A stretch of 64,000 nt of DNA, from contig CBFFRP010000608.1 of NCBI GenBank assembly GCA_965644295.1, forward strand, positions 1 to 64,000. The letters run 5' to 3'. Each line of letters starts with the position of its first letter. Positions within the stretch are counted from its first letter, which is position 1. Shown here one piece after another: positions 43,506 to 55,600 of this stretch. Position numbers and translations under genes: made by a program. The DNA comes from Paraphysomonas bandaiensis. Lineage: Eukaryota > Protista > Chrysophyceae. The notes below the pieces were generated by a model that did not search any database, was not told where the DNA came from, and saw only the letters and a list, made by a program, of their open reading frames with translations.

Positions 43506-44215
43506 GTTTTATGTATGTATAGTTTTTAGGTTATACTGAGTGGGCCAAATTCGATGTATATATTTTACAGTTTCTCAGAACATTTGTGTGTCACATATCA
43601 TGTGTACTTTGTTTATCTCTCGAGTTTGATTCTCTTTATACCAAACGTGCTGTATATGGCTCTTCAGGTAATTTATTTCTCGTGGAAGAGTCATATTCCG
43701 GCAACGATATTTTTCATTGAGGTACGAAGTAATCGTAACGACGAGAAGGAGAAATTAAATCATTGCTAATGTAAATAATGCTACAGCTCTATATGAAGAA
43801 GTGTTGTTTTCGTGTACGAAATGGAAATATCCACCAGTAAAACGCAAATTTAATTGCTTAATACTTTTACAATGTACATATTTAAAAGTTTTACAACGAA
43901 ATTCGTAAACTAGAATGTAGGGATGTGACCAATAACGCATACTTTTTCTAATAGTAATTGGAAGCTCAACACCTAAAGCGTGACATTTAATATATACATA
44001 ACGGTGTTATTTTTCAAACGTATTATTAATGCCCAGAAGATTTTTATCACAACACGCTATTACTTCTGCATTATAATAATTAGCAGTAAAGCAGCATTTT
44101 ATAGGAAGGACAGCGATTAATGATATGAAAATTCCTCTACACAATCCATGAGCCATGAGCCTGTCGTATAATCCTGCCATTAAATCAACCTTAACACTAC
44201 AGCTAACTATAACAT

Positions 44216-44725
44216 TTAGGAACAACAATCATTTATCATCGACTCAATCTCAGTTTTGTTTTCACCAGATATACTGTGCAACACATTGCCTTCCTTATAT
44301 ATGCGAATATGAGGAATTCCGACAATACCAAGAGATTGGTACAACTCGTCGTTATCATCGACGTCTACAGTTACAAATCTGTGAGATTTGTGTATGTTAG
44401 CAAGTTCATAGAAAACAGGCTCTACTCTCTTGCAAGGTTTACACCAGGACGCTGTAAATCTCACAATAGTTATTTTGTCCGAGCCAATCAATTTATCCCA
44501 CTCATACTCAGGTTTAAAGTCAATTGCATTCTTTTCCTGGAAATAAGAGTCGGTTTCAGCTGTCTCTGCAGCAGAACAGCATGTCTTCTCTGTGTGTTTG
44601 TTGTCCTTCTTATCCCATCCAAACACACTCCGTATATACGTCCATAGCGGGCGAAATATAATAAGAACTAACGGAATGAGAGACGAGTAGGGGATACATA
44701 CGCCGCAGATACATATCACTGCCAT
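44216..44725 (-). CDS. Thioredoxin with Cys-rich hydrophobic N-terminal extension
   Basis: IVRFTASWCKPCKRVEP...FVTVDVDD...IVGIP thioredoxin fold; N-terminus MAVICICGVCIPYSSLIPLVLIIF. Confidence 0.9.
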   Translation of the reverse strand: MAVICICGVCIPYSSLIPLVLIIFRPLWTYIRSVFGWDKKDNKHTEKTCCSAAETAETDSYFQEKNAIDFKPEYEWDKLIGSDKITIVRFTASWCKPCKRVEPVFYELANIHKSHRFVTVDVDDNDELYQSLGIVGIPHIRIYKEGNVLHSISGENKTEIESMINDCCS

Positions 44726-45236
44726 GTTCAGCACCTTGACAGTTGATTAGCTAGTTCAGTGGTGTGGTTTGTATGGGTAGTTTGATGCAGCTGAGGCTGT
44801 ATGTGTGTATCAATGGACGGGCACTCGACAACTAGTGGGCTGGAATATATATACGTACTGTATATATGACAGTGTACCGTGTACTGACTGGGTGTGTTAC
44901 GAATCGTAGAATAGAAGCACCGTACGAACACTTGTCTGTTGGTAGGGATTCTAGAAACATGGGGTTTCTTATTAAAACCCTGGTTATTCATCCGCCTAAC
45001 ACGACAGGTATACAACACTGCAGTGCTGTACTCTGATCTGTACACCGGATATGTACAGTTACACAGTTCCAGAAGTACAGTACAGTACCTCTCTATGTAC
45101 ACACAGCAGTGCTGTACTTGTATACGACACTATACCATACTATACCATACTATACTATACTACGTATATACGAGGAACATCTCCTCACAGCTAACAGATA
45201 GACAGACACCCTCCTCACCCTGAAGGGATATTCCCA
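44726..45236. promoter_or_regulatory. Probable bidirectional promoter spacer (thioredoxin / hypothetical)
   Basis: Lies between divergent ATGs; dense gtac/cagtac/atact words flanking an A/T-run core at ~44940-44990. Confidence 0.5.
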
Positions 45237-46205
45237 ATGACAGAGGCCCCTGATGCCGAGTCTCCTATCCCTGTCTATGCAGCTGAGAGTGCAAGTGTCA
45301 TGCATATGGACGATGAGGGTATGCATATGGACGACTCGCACACAGTCATATCCGCCACACCTAACATACCCGCTCCGCCTGATTCACCTGACATAAAGGA
45401 CATTACCAGACGAGTGGGAGTCACTGAGGCGATAAACACTGATTTAGTCGTTATAAAACGAAAGAAAAAAATAAGTATTCAGATTCCGGACTTTCCGTCC
45501 TCAGCCCATCGGTTATATCGCGTGTATCTGTCTTCCAAGAAATATAAACATTTACTTGATGAGGCTCGTGGTGGAGTCTATGGTCCCAGCTCACGACCTG
45601 AGCTAGAAATACAAGAGTTTGAGTTTGAGTGTGTTTTACCGTCTGACGACTCGACGAAAGCCTCCACTTCCACTGTATCCAAAACATTACTCATTGAGCT
45701 TATATATGACCCTGAGAAACACCTGTATGTTATTAGTCGTCGTGTTGAAGATAAACTGCTGCTATATTTGCACCAGCACAGAGATAGACACATACTCCAT
45801 TCGGATGGACTGAAGAGTGCCATTTGCCGAATAGCTACGTTTGAGATGAGCATGCTGGATTTATTCCGACAACGCATGTTTCGCCGTTTCTTAACGCTCT
45901 ACATAGCACCGTTATTAGAGGACCCACTACGGGTGAATTACGCCATCGCGTTTGTACGTGCACTTATAGTATCTGGTGAAGACGAGGTCCTGACACCAGA
46001 AGTTAGCGACGACGGCGGCTGGGAATTCTCCGATTCTTCTTCTGATTCGGAATCTGAAAAGAAGAAAGTGGTCCGCAGAAAGAAGGCTTCAGCGATGGGA
46101 AAAGGGGCAACAAAAAAGAAGGGGTACGCTCCCAAGCATCCGCTCAAAAAGCAGGGGACAGGGTCGAAGCTAAAGAAAACTGGAGGTGGTCAGAAACACA
46201 AATAG
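45237..46205 (+). CDS. Hypothetical protein (322 aa, acidic Ser patch then Lys-rich tail)
   Basis: Single 322-codon ORF with ATG start, divergent from thioredoxin; no recognised domain. Confidence 0.7.
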   Translation: MTEAPDAESPIPVYAAESASVMHMDDEGMHMDDSHTVISATPNIPAPPDSPDIKDITRRVGVTEAINTDLVVIKRKKKISIQIPDFPSSAHRLYRVYLSSKKYKHLLDEARGGVYGPSSRPELEIQEFEFECVLPSDDSTKASTSTVSKTLLIELIYDPEKHLYVISRRVEDKLLLYLHQHRDRHILHSDGLKSAICRIATFEMSMLDLFRQRMFRRFLTLYIAPLLEDPLRVNYAIAFVRALIVSGEDEVLTPEVSDDGGWEFSDSSSDSESEKKKVVRRKKASAMGKGATKKKGYAPKHPLKKQGTGSKLKKTGGGQKHK

Positions 46206-46635
46206 TATGCAACGCTGTAGATATAATTCTTATTTTCAATTGATTTTGGTATGCGTGTTTACTGTGTTGTCTTAAAACTGCGGTGTATATTTTAAATCTA
46301 TGTAATTACAAGTGTCGCTAAAGTGGATTTTACCTGAGAAAGTCATATAGTTGTGTTCGGTAGCAGTTTGTGTACTTATGATTACCTCGAACTGACTAAA
46401 CGTAAGATGTACTCCACTTAGAGCCATTTCAATGTGATGTCTTTTGAAAGTAAAGAATAGTGCCATGCAAGTGTCGGATGCACGTTTTCACCATTATAAG
46501 CACTGGTAATTGAATGTAATCGGTATCGGTATGCAACATCTGACTTAAGTTTGTTGCTCTAGTGCAGCGTGTACATTTTTCTTGATCTTTATTTACTCTT
46601 GCTAGAGTAAGCTTTAGTTTTCTTAAGCCGCAAAT

Positions 46636-47131
46636 TGACTTCAGATCCCCAACAAAGTCGAATACGCACCTTTTCGTGGTGTTCTGGAGGCTAAGTACAG
46701 GAGAGATTTCTCCGGAAAACCGTATCTATAGCAAAATGCTTGTGTGATACAAAGGACACAAATTAGTGTCACTTGTGTAGATGTCTCTGGGCCTTGACCA
46801 ATAAACAGGCATCCGGGAATGGCCCACCTCAAGGGCATCCAGGGTATTGGGCTTCTTGGGTTGTTCACCTCTTAAGGACTCATAAATCCTGAAGTCAGCA
46901 GATGTCAGGTATATCAACATTTTGCGTGCACACTGCGTTTGCTTTGAGTTATAGAGCAAAAGTGGTTGCACCTTGGTGCTTGCGGTGACGCACAAGCAGC
47001 TTTCGTAGCGTTATAGGATATCAGAGTTAAGCACTAGTTAGTTAAACACACGGAAAGGCTTTCTGTGTGTTAAATTGCAGTGCTAAATTAGTTCTGACTC
47101 TTAAAAGCCTATTGCTAATAATAACACATTC
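46636..47131 (+). repeat. Dispersed repeat family A, near full-length copy
   Basis: Colinear with 39244-39752 and with 38860-39027 at its right end. Confidence 0.85.
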
Positions 47132-48189
47132 ATTCCTTCAGTAGCTTGTTCCATATAAATGTTCTCCGTATCTTTGGTTATAAGCCGAATAAGACCCACG
47201 GCCTTGTGGAAATTTGCGGTCGAAATCATCATCTACAAGTACAATATTGCTAGTATTCACCTCAGGATGAACGAAACAATTCACAAGGTAGTTGTCATTG
47301 CAGATAGCCAATATTGGATTACGAGAACCCCGCGCATTCTAGGGGGGGCGGCCAATGTCACACTAGACTTACTATACTGAGTCATGCATGGTCACGAGAG
47401 GCTCTGTTTAATCTTTGTTAGGTAATGGGAAGGTACAACTGGACACATGGTCCTACTAGAATCTGCGCGACTTACACATATAAGCCACACATAGCTATGG
47501 GAAATCCCGCGTAATCTGAGTAAAGGTGAACACGGGTGGGGCAGCAACAGAATCTGCGCGTGATCTACGGTCAGCTATGTTGGTACACGGTAAGCGGATA
47601 GGCGGGTGATAGAATCAGCGCTATAGGTGGTATACCAGCCAGCCTACGCTATGGCCACGTCCTCGGAATGAGGTAATTATCATATATCGTTATCTTCATC
47701 AGTAATATTCATTATTCATCATTATGTGATTTCTTTGTCTTATTCTGCGGAATAGTTCCATATAAATCAATGAAAAGCATATATTATACTTGTCATAATA
47801 TGTCATAGATCTTAGTACAGTAGTGCAATAATAATAATTGATCTATTTTGAACATATTATATGTACAAGATTAAGTATATACAATGGAGAGATCATAGTG
47901 TAGAATACCCAATAGCTGTTTATTTCTTTATTCTATATTTATCTGTTGATTATTTTCTGCCTAAGGCCAAAGCTAAGAAATCACATGGTTCTTATCGAAT
48001 ATCATATATATAGTCTATCCAGTACTTTCACACCGACACTAGGGCTAATATAGATATATCGATTCATAGTCCTGACACAGTACATAGCGATATATTAGCA
48101 ATTTCGAATTAATTGAGAATGATATAGTTCTGTATATAATAGCATAGCTTCGATTTAATTGAGGATGATATAATTCTGTGGTTTAATTA

Positions 48190-48870
48190 AACATATTTAT
48201 ATATATATATACATATGCGATTACTTACATATACATATATATACATATAGTCTAGAGTGCATAAAGAGTGTTATGTTTTATTCAGTTAGATGTGTGTAAG
48301 TAACTCTTTGACAGCTTGATGTACATACCCCCTCAAACACTCACTTGTATTAACTTATATATACACGTATATATAATCACTCGTAAACACATACATTAAG
48401 TAATTAGCTGCGGACTAATTATAAAAACAATTGAACTAGGTATTGGTGGGAAGATATGTCACAATAGCATTACAATATATTGTTCCCTAGCCCTGATATA
48501 CACGTTTATGTGTGCAGTATACATATGACGGTGACATTCTATATCTACATATCGCACAACACATGTAACATAAGCTTGCAGATTATATATGACAGACATA
48601 CAGAGATATTTGAAGTATATATGTCACAGACGTGTATTTGCGTGAAGTATTCATAGGGCATATATATATATATGCAGTATGACAGAGGCATATATATATG
48701 TATATATGCAGCATGTATGTAACAGAGACTTCTGTATGTGACATATACATATAACTCGCACATATATGTGTACGCAGTACATATATAACACACATATATA
48801 TACGTTAGTGCAATATATACGTAACTGAGACGTGTATACGCGCAGTACACATGCGACAGAGAGATCTATA
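48190..48870. repeat. Low-complexity AT-rich alternating purine-pyrimidine tract
   Basis: Many short (TA)n, ATAC and ATGT runs; only low-complexity ORFs. Confidence 0.7.
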
Positions 48871-49716
48871 AGTGTGACATTCACAACAATGAAGCATACG
48901 GGAGGCGACGTACAGATGTAAGATGTATCCATCATTCACACCATCGCCCATCACTTAAAGTCTGTCTCTGTCGGTCGGGATCGTGGAATCTCAATTGCGG
49001 GAGCGGTGAAATGTGAGGGACAGAATGGAGCGGTTTTTAGTTTAGCAGAGCAAGATAAACACGAGGATATGCTGATAGGTGTGGATGGTGTTGTATCAGT
49101 GCAGTGGAGATATATATGCATGGAGTGACAAGAGTTGGATATGATCATAAAACTGAAAACTGAAAAATGGGAGCGACATGGTTTTGACCGACAGTGGCAT
49201 GGATTTTACGAGTGTGTGGGACTGTATGCTATAGAATTCATCAAGTAGGCTCCAAAATTACCTAAAATTGTGCATTTCAGGGGTAAATTTGCAAGTTATT
49301 TCCCATATGAGACCGCAATAAAGGCCAGAGACCTAGAAACCACAGTCATACACTGTATATAGACTGCTTTGCATAAAAATTCCACAAACAACGAGAAAAG
49401 GGCGATTTTTTGCCAGATACATATAAAAATATGTATAAGGGACGAATAGTGTTTGTGGTTTATTCCCACCGACTTTTTATTCGTGTCGAGAATATATTCT
49501 AAAAATCCCCAGTTTTCTACACTGATAGGTACTTCAAGTCATGTGCGTCACTGTCGTGTCCTGCTGTTCCCTCATGAAGATATGCAGCCAGTTGTCGTAC
49601 TCCGCTGTGCCACGGCGCATCGTGAGTATCTTCACAACTATGCGGCACTTCTCATACATAAGAGTCCACCCTCTAGTCAGTGGACATACACTAGAATATA
49701 TATGAATATAGCTAAT

Positions 49717-51826
49717 ATGATCCGCCTCCTGACAGTTCTATTGCTCCCTCTTATATCTGCTGTGGAGTACTCATGTCCTGATGGCTGGGATCTCTTCCAA
49801 CACTCCTGTTATAGACACGGTAAGATATCACGGCGCATGCTCTGTGTTCACGATCATGCATAACAAACACGCATCAGGCGGGACAACGAAGGATTGGGGC
49901 TATGCAGTAACAGCATGCATTCAGTTTCATGGGTTCCAGCAGGCGTATTTAACGGTACTGAACTCTGGTTCGGAGAGAGACTTCATATGGCAGTATGTGA
50001 ACAGTCATGGCATATGGCTATCTCTCAGTGATGCAGCTCAAGAAGGCAACTGGCAATATTATCAGGATGATAAGGCTTTCTTAGGATGTGATCCGCCTTT
50101 GGATTTGTGGGATATAAACTCGAATTGGGCATCTGGAGAGCCGAATAATCATGAATCGAGAGAACACTGTGCTGTACTATACAGCTCAGGCGTTGTCGAT
50201 GAAGCGTGCGATGATTCTTACCAGGAAAATGAAAACACCATTGTCTGTGAGATACCTGCCATTGGAGTAGTAGATTTTTGTTTACCAACAACATTGGCAG
50301 TGCATTTCGTTGTGGTAATACGAGGCACAACTTACATTAACCCTTCTGATCAACTTATGACCGACTTGTGTGGACCCCTATCGAGATTTTATAACAGAGA
50401 TGATGTTATTGTGTATGGCTTTGGACCCAGAGGAACTCACTGTAGTGGAACTTGGCAGTATGTTGAGGATGGGGAGTCGAGGCGAAAACTACAAAGTGGC
50501 AATGCCACTGATATTGAGATAACATTCGACATCACAATTAATGCAGAAAATTCTAATTTTATTGATGTGGACAATGTAGTTTCCGGCTTTCAGGACGATG
50601 TAACGGCCGCTGAAGCGGGTGCTCTTAGTGCACTTGAGTCCACTGGAGATTTTGTTACAACTGGGTCTCTATCTATTTCAGAGTTTACTTCGGCCGAGTT
50701 TGATACAACAGAAGTTCCAACTGGTCAACCCACGGGCCAACCTAGTGGTCAACCAACTTCTATTCCGACTATGCATTTTGAGTACTCTCTTGTGCTATCA
50801 GATATATATGGAAATGGTTGGGGGAGCGGTGTCAAAGTTGTCTTGGAAAATACTGATGGGTCAACCGATTACTACGTTCTTGACTGTGTATGTGATGTTA
50901 TTCGGTACATTCAAGATGGAGTGAAGTCTATATCAATATCAGTTGACAAAGGAGCAACCACTCCGTGGGAAGTGTTTTGGTTTATTGAAGAGCGCTGGAC
51001 GGAGAGACGATGGTATGGTAACGCTGAAACGAAATTTATATTCAGCTCGAACATGGATGTAATCGAAACTGTTCATCCTGTTGAAGGTTGTCATGCTTCA
51101 GGCTGCAAGAATTGTTTGCCGGAACCAAAACCTAAGCCTAAACCATCACCTATAAATAACACTCACCCTCCCCCACTGCAATTTCCATTTAGGCTTGAGT
51201 CTAAGAGTGGGCAAGGGTGGTTTGTTCCTGCTGACGTGGAAATCAATGTTGACATATGCACTTTTTCCGTTCCACAGAGTCTTGTTTACCCCATGTATTT
51301 TATCATGGATGAATACAATACCAAGTTACTTCATTCAGGGACAATGTGTCGCTATGGTGATTTAGACCATTTACATGAGGTGTTGCCTAGAGACGGAAGG
51401 TTTCTCTTTCGTGTTGCAGGGTTATCAAACCTTGAAAATGGGAATTTTACATGGGATTTCTGTGGAGTGACCGGAGTTTTAAATCAAGAAGTACACTTCA
51501 CCATGACGAAAGGAAAGTGCAAACCTGGAATGGAGCGAATTCCGTCCGATTACTGCACTGATGACTCGATGAAACCTCCTGTGGATCGTATAAATTCTGC
51601 TGGTGGTGCATTCCTCTCATATCAGCAAACAGTTGCTGCGGTTAGCGGAACTGTGGCTGTTACTGTCGTAATTCTATCCTTCTTGGTGTATGTGATGTAT
51701 TTTGCGCAAGTACAGCGTCATCAACATATACCCGTATCTACGGAAAGTCAACACGATGCTATGGATTTTGAATTGGAGCCGTCTCCTGTCAGGGAAGGTT
51801 CCACAAAGCATCATCTGCAACTATGA
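49717..51826 (+). CDS. Type I membrane protein with N-terminal C-type lectin domain, 2 exons (49717-49819; 49878-51826)
   Basis: Signal peptide MIRLLTVLLLPLISA; CTL motifs CPDGW...CY, WLSLSD..QEGNWQ, NWASGEPNN...EHCA, C...VCE; PTGQPTGQPSGQPT linker; D-x-YGNGW module; C-terminal TM helix. Confidence 0.88.
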
Positions 51827-52181
51827 ATGCGTCAATGCGGAAGCTATTTATTACAACATGTTGGCTTTTTGACTACGTTACTTCTATTATTTTGCTCAAA
51901 TTATTATGCGATGCCTGATTTTTATTTAGGCTGTGTGTCGTAGTCTATGTAACTAATTTTTTGACGAAAACATAGTCACGATAGAAACTGCGAATACAAG
52001 GCAATAGTATGTCACTATTGCAAACATAACATATATAGAAGCTTTTAGTCACATATTCTGATTCAACTAGACATTTTATGATATGAGGCAAAAACTCCAT
52101 GTGTGCATTTTGGAGACACTAATGTGTTAGTTAGTGACTCCTTTAACCTTATCACAATTCCAATGTGCATAATATGTTCCT

Positions 52182-52500
52182 TGTCAAGGTTTGACATTAT
52201 ATGAGAAGTATTAACTTAACAACAGAAGGTAACTTATACTCAAAGCTGAGAATTATAAATTATAATCAATGTCTCTTATCATTCATCAATATCATGTTGT
52301 CTCCACTACCACTCATTTCTCGTACGACGATCTTACATCGTCACTACAACTTGCATCGTCACAATATTCCGTTTTACCGCTATGTGCTTATCGTCATTCA
52401 TTCTCACAATACGATTAACAAGACTACAACTGTATAATACAGTAATTTAAATACCTTATAACTACAGCTTTCAATTGCTCTCATATAGCAGAACTCAACA
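52182..52500 (-). repeat. 3' LTR of Copia element
   Basis: No differences seen by eye from 57395-57713; TG...CA termini. Confidence 0.97.
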
Positions 52501-52510
52501 CTCCCTCTCA
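52501..52510 (-). other. Polypurine tract
   Basis: TGAGAGGGAG directly before the 3' LTR on the minus strand. Confidence 0.85.
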
Positions 52511-52643
52511 ATTCAAAGCTGTAGATAGACTCTTCACATCACAAGACATAACTGACGGATACGCAACCACCGAAACCAAACAGGACAAACAGGTGGACGT
52601 ATGACTCCGACATTTCAGCTAGTCTCACAGTACAGTCAACTGA

Positions 52644-55600
52644 TCACTTACGTCGTTTGAACGTCTTTTCTCTAATAACCTCAACAGATGATTTTCGATC
52701 CTCTCCTAGGCATCTCTTCCTGTGTTTCTCGAAAGTTACACCACACAACGATTTCGTGAATATGTCTGCTGTCTGATCATCAGTTCCAACGTGGTACAAT
52801 ATGGCAGTGTTAAAGAGGCCATCTGGATCTACGTGTTCCCTAACCCAATGGTATTTGATCTCGATGTGTTTTGAACGCTTATGGAACACCGGATTCAATG
52901 CTAAGTCACGAGCACTCTGGCTATCCAAGAAAAATGGTGTGGGTTCGCGTAGACGAAGTCCTAATTCGTCCAACACCCCCCGAAGCCATACCAGTTCTTG
53001 CATGCCAGCATACATAGCCTGATACTCACTTTGCATTGATGACGTTGAAACGGTAGCCTGTAAAATGGACTGCCAGATAAGTGGTCCACCGGCGGCAAAT
53101 ACTATGTATCCAGTCGTAGATCGGCGTGACACCACATCGCCAGCCCAGTCTGCATCAGTAAAGATGTGCATGTCGAAGTGCTTACTACTGAACCGAATAC
53201 CCTTTCGAACTGTACCCCTAACGTACTGCAATAGGTAAGTCATTAAATAACATGTAGCCCGGGTAGGTTTAGATGCATATCTAGATAACAAACCAACTGC
53301 ATATGCAATATCAGGGCGAGTATTCATAGATAGATATAACATGGCACCCAGTAGGCTGCGATAAGGATAATTATCTACTCCCTCTTTCTCCTCAGGTGTG
53401 AGATCACTGTCTGCTTGATTAATTCTGTCCATTGCATCGAGGGGTAGCGGCGACTTTCGAATTTTTGATGAGGGACCGAGGAAATCAGTGAATTTGAGAA
53501 GAATTTTCTCCGCATATGTCTGCTGATCCAGCTGAATGAAATCCTGTCCTCGCGTGACACGAACATTGAGGAAATGTTCAACGGCTCCCATATCCGTCAT
53601 GTCGAATCGTTCGCAGAATCTAGCTTTTATTTCTGTAATAATATTAAGGTCAGCACATGCGATGACGATGTCATCCACATATATGGTGAGATACACTTTA
53701 TGACCTTTATATACAGCATGATACAAGCAAGGTTCTAACACACACGGTCGAAATCCCAAGGATTTGATGAACTTGTTTATGGTTTTCCACCATGATCGTG
53801 GTGAACTACGGAGCCCATATAGAGATTTCTTCAATTTAAAACAATGTCCAGGTGGAAGTTGAAAATCTGGAGTAGGATTCATGTAAACGTCGCCTTCAAT
53901 ATCGGCATAACAGAACGCACTGGATACATCGAGTTGATGCACAAACATACTGAACACAAGAGCCAACGCCAGAATCAACCGAACAGAGATACTCTTGACT
54001 ACAGGGGCAAATGTGTTCTCCACATCTACGCCAGATTGTTGACCGTACCCAAGTGCTACAAGTCGTGCTTTATGCTTCTTGATGGAGCCATCCTTATTGT
54101 ACTTTCGCTTATATACGTAACGAGATTTAAGAGGTCGAGCATCAGGCGGAGTTTCTACTACTTCAAACACTTCACGCTGAAAAAGTGCATTCCGTTCTAA
54201 TCTGCGCGCCTCCTTCCATTTGTCTGCATCACTACACTGAAGAGACTCTTCGTATGACTCAGGCTCCCTATAATCAGACGGGTCAGTAATCAATGAGTCA
54301 TCACTTGCCTTACACATATTAACGGCATCTTCCCCACACAGGAAGTTGATTTCACCCAGAGTAGACACGTTGGTCATCACTCTTTGGGTTCGTACCCTCT
54401 TGCTTATAGCAGCTGGCGGGTTAGCAGTTTGACTACTAGGGACACACACACTTGTCTCTCTAGACGAAGTGCTCACGCTTCTCTCGGGTAAGGCACATGG
54501 AGTCTGCTCACTCCCTGATGAGTCATCTGCCGTAGACTGTTTGGGTGTCCCACCCCCAGCCGGCATCGATCGCTCCTCACCACCTGCCCCATCGTCACGG
54601 GTCGCAGGATTTTCGTGCCACCTGCGCAAATTATACGACTGAGTTAGTTTCACTACATCAGCTATATGTATCGGAGTCTTCTCCTCCAACTGCTCTCTAC
54701 CAGCAGTTACTAAGGCTCTATAAGCCACGATCAAACCTTTCCGAACCACGACTCTCGTAGTCCTAAACAGGAAACCCTCATCGGTATGGTAAGATCCAAT
54801 CAAATGGTTGAACTCTTCAACCTGTCGAGCCTGGGGGTCATGTTTAACTAACGCAGCCTCCAGCTCCTCGAAATACTCCTTCTCTCTGGGGGGAATGCTT
54901 TCGTCGAATAACACATGTATTGACACAACTTCGGACTCTCCTAGCCATATTCTGTATCCCCTCTTCTTTTTGGAGAGACCTAAAAAATATCCAATCTGCG
55001 ATTTGCCTTGCCAATTTTTTCGACGATCACCCCTGGGAGTCTTCACATAAGCTTTACACCCCCATCGACGTAAACTGGATAAATCCGGAACAGAACCTCC
55101 AGGTACACACTCCATGGGAGACATCCATCCGCGGTAGGTCCGAGTGGGCATCATGCGAATAATTTCAGATGCATATACGTAGGCATCCCACCAGAATGGA
55201 ACTGGGAATCCAGCATCTGACAGCATTGCAAGAGTCATCTCTCCCGCGGTTCGAAAACGTCTCTCAGACACGCCATTCATCTCAGGTGAGTCCGTAGAGC
55301 TCCACGTAATTGAGGTGCCAAACTTGCTGTGAAGATACTCCTGAATAGACTTATCAATGAGTTCGGCTCCCCCATCGGCATGATACACAGATAGTCGATG
55401 AACTCCTGGATACTTGGGAAGAAGAACCTCGACCCAATTCCTAATGTGCTCCAACACCTCACTTGCGGTCCGAGTTTTCAACGGAAACTCCCAGCATTCC
55501 TTGGTGGCCACATCTGTCAACGCTAATACATACCGGTATCCCTGTCGAGATGGACAATTGAAATATACTCCTATATCGACAGTTACTTTTTCCAGAAACC

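Noticed and set aside
52201-52437. 78-aa ORF duplicated at 57414-57650
   Set aside because: Antisense ORF inside the LTRs; the duplication is explained by the LTRs.
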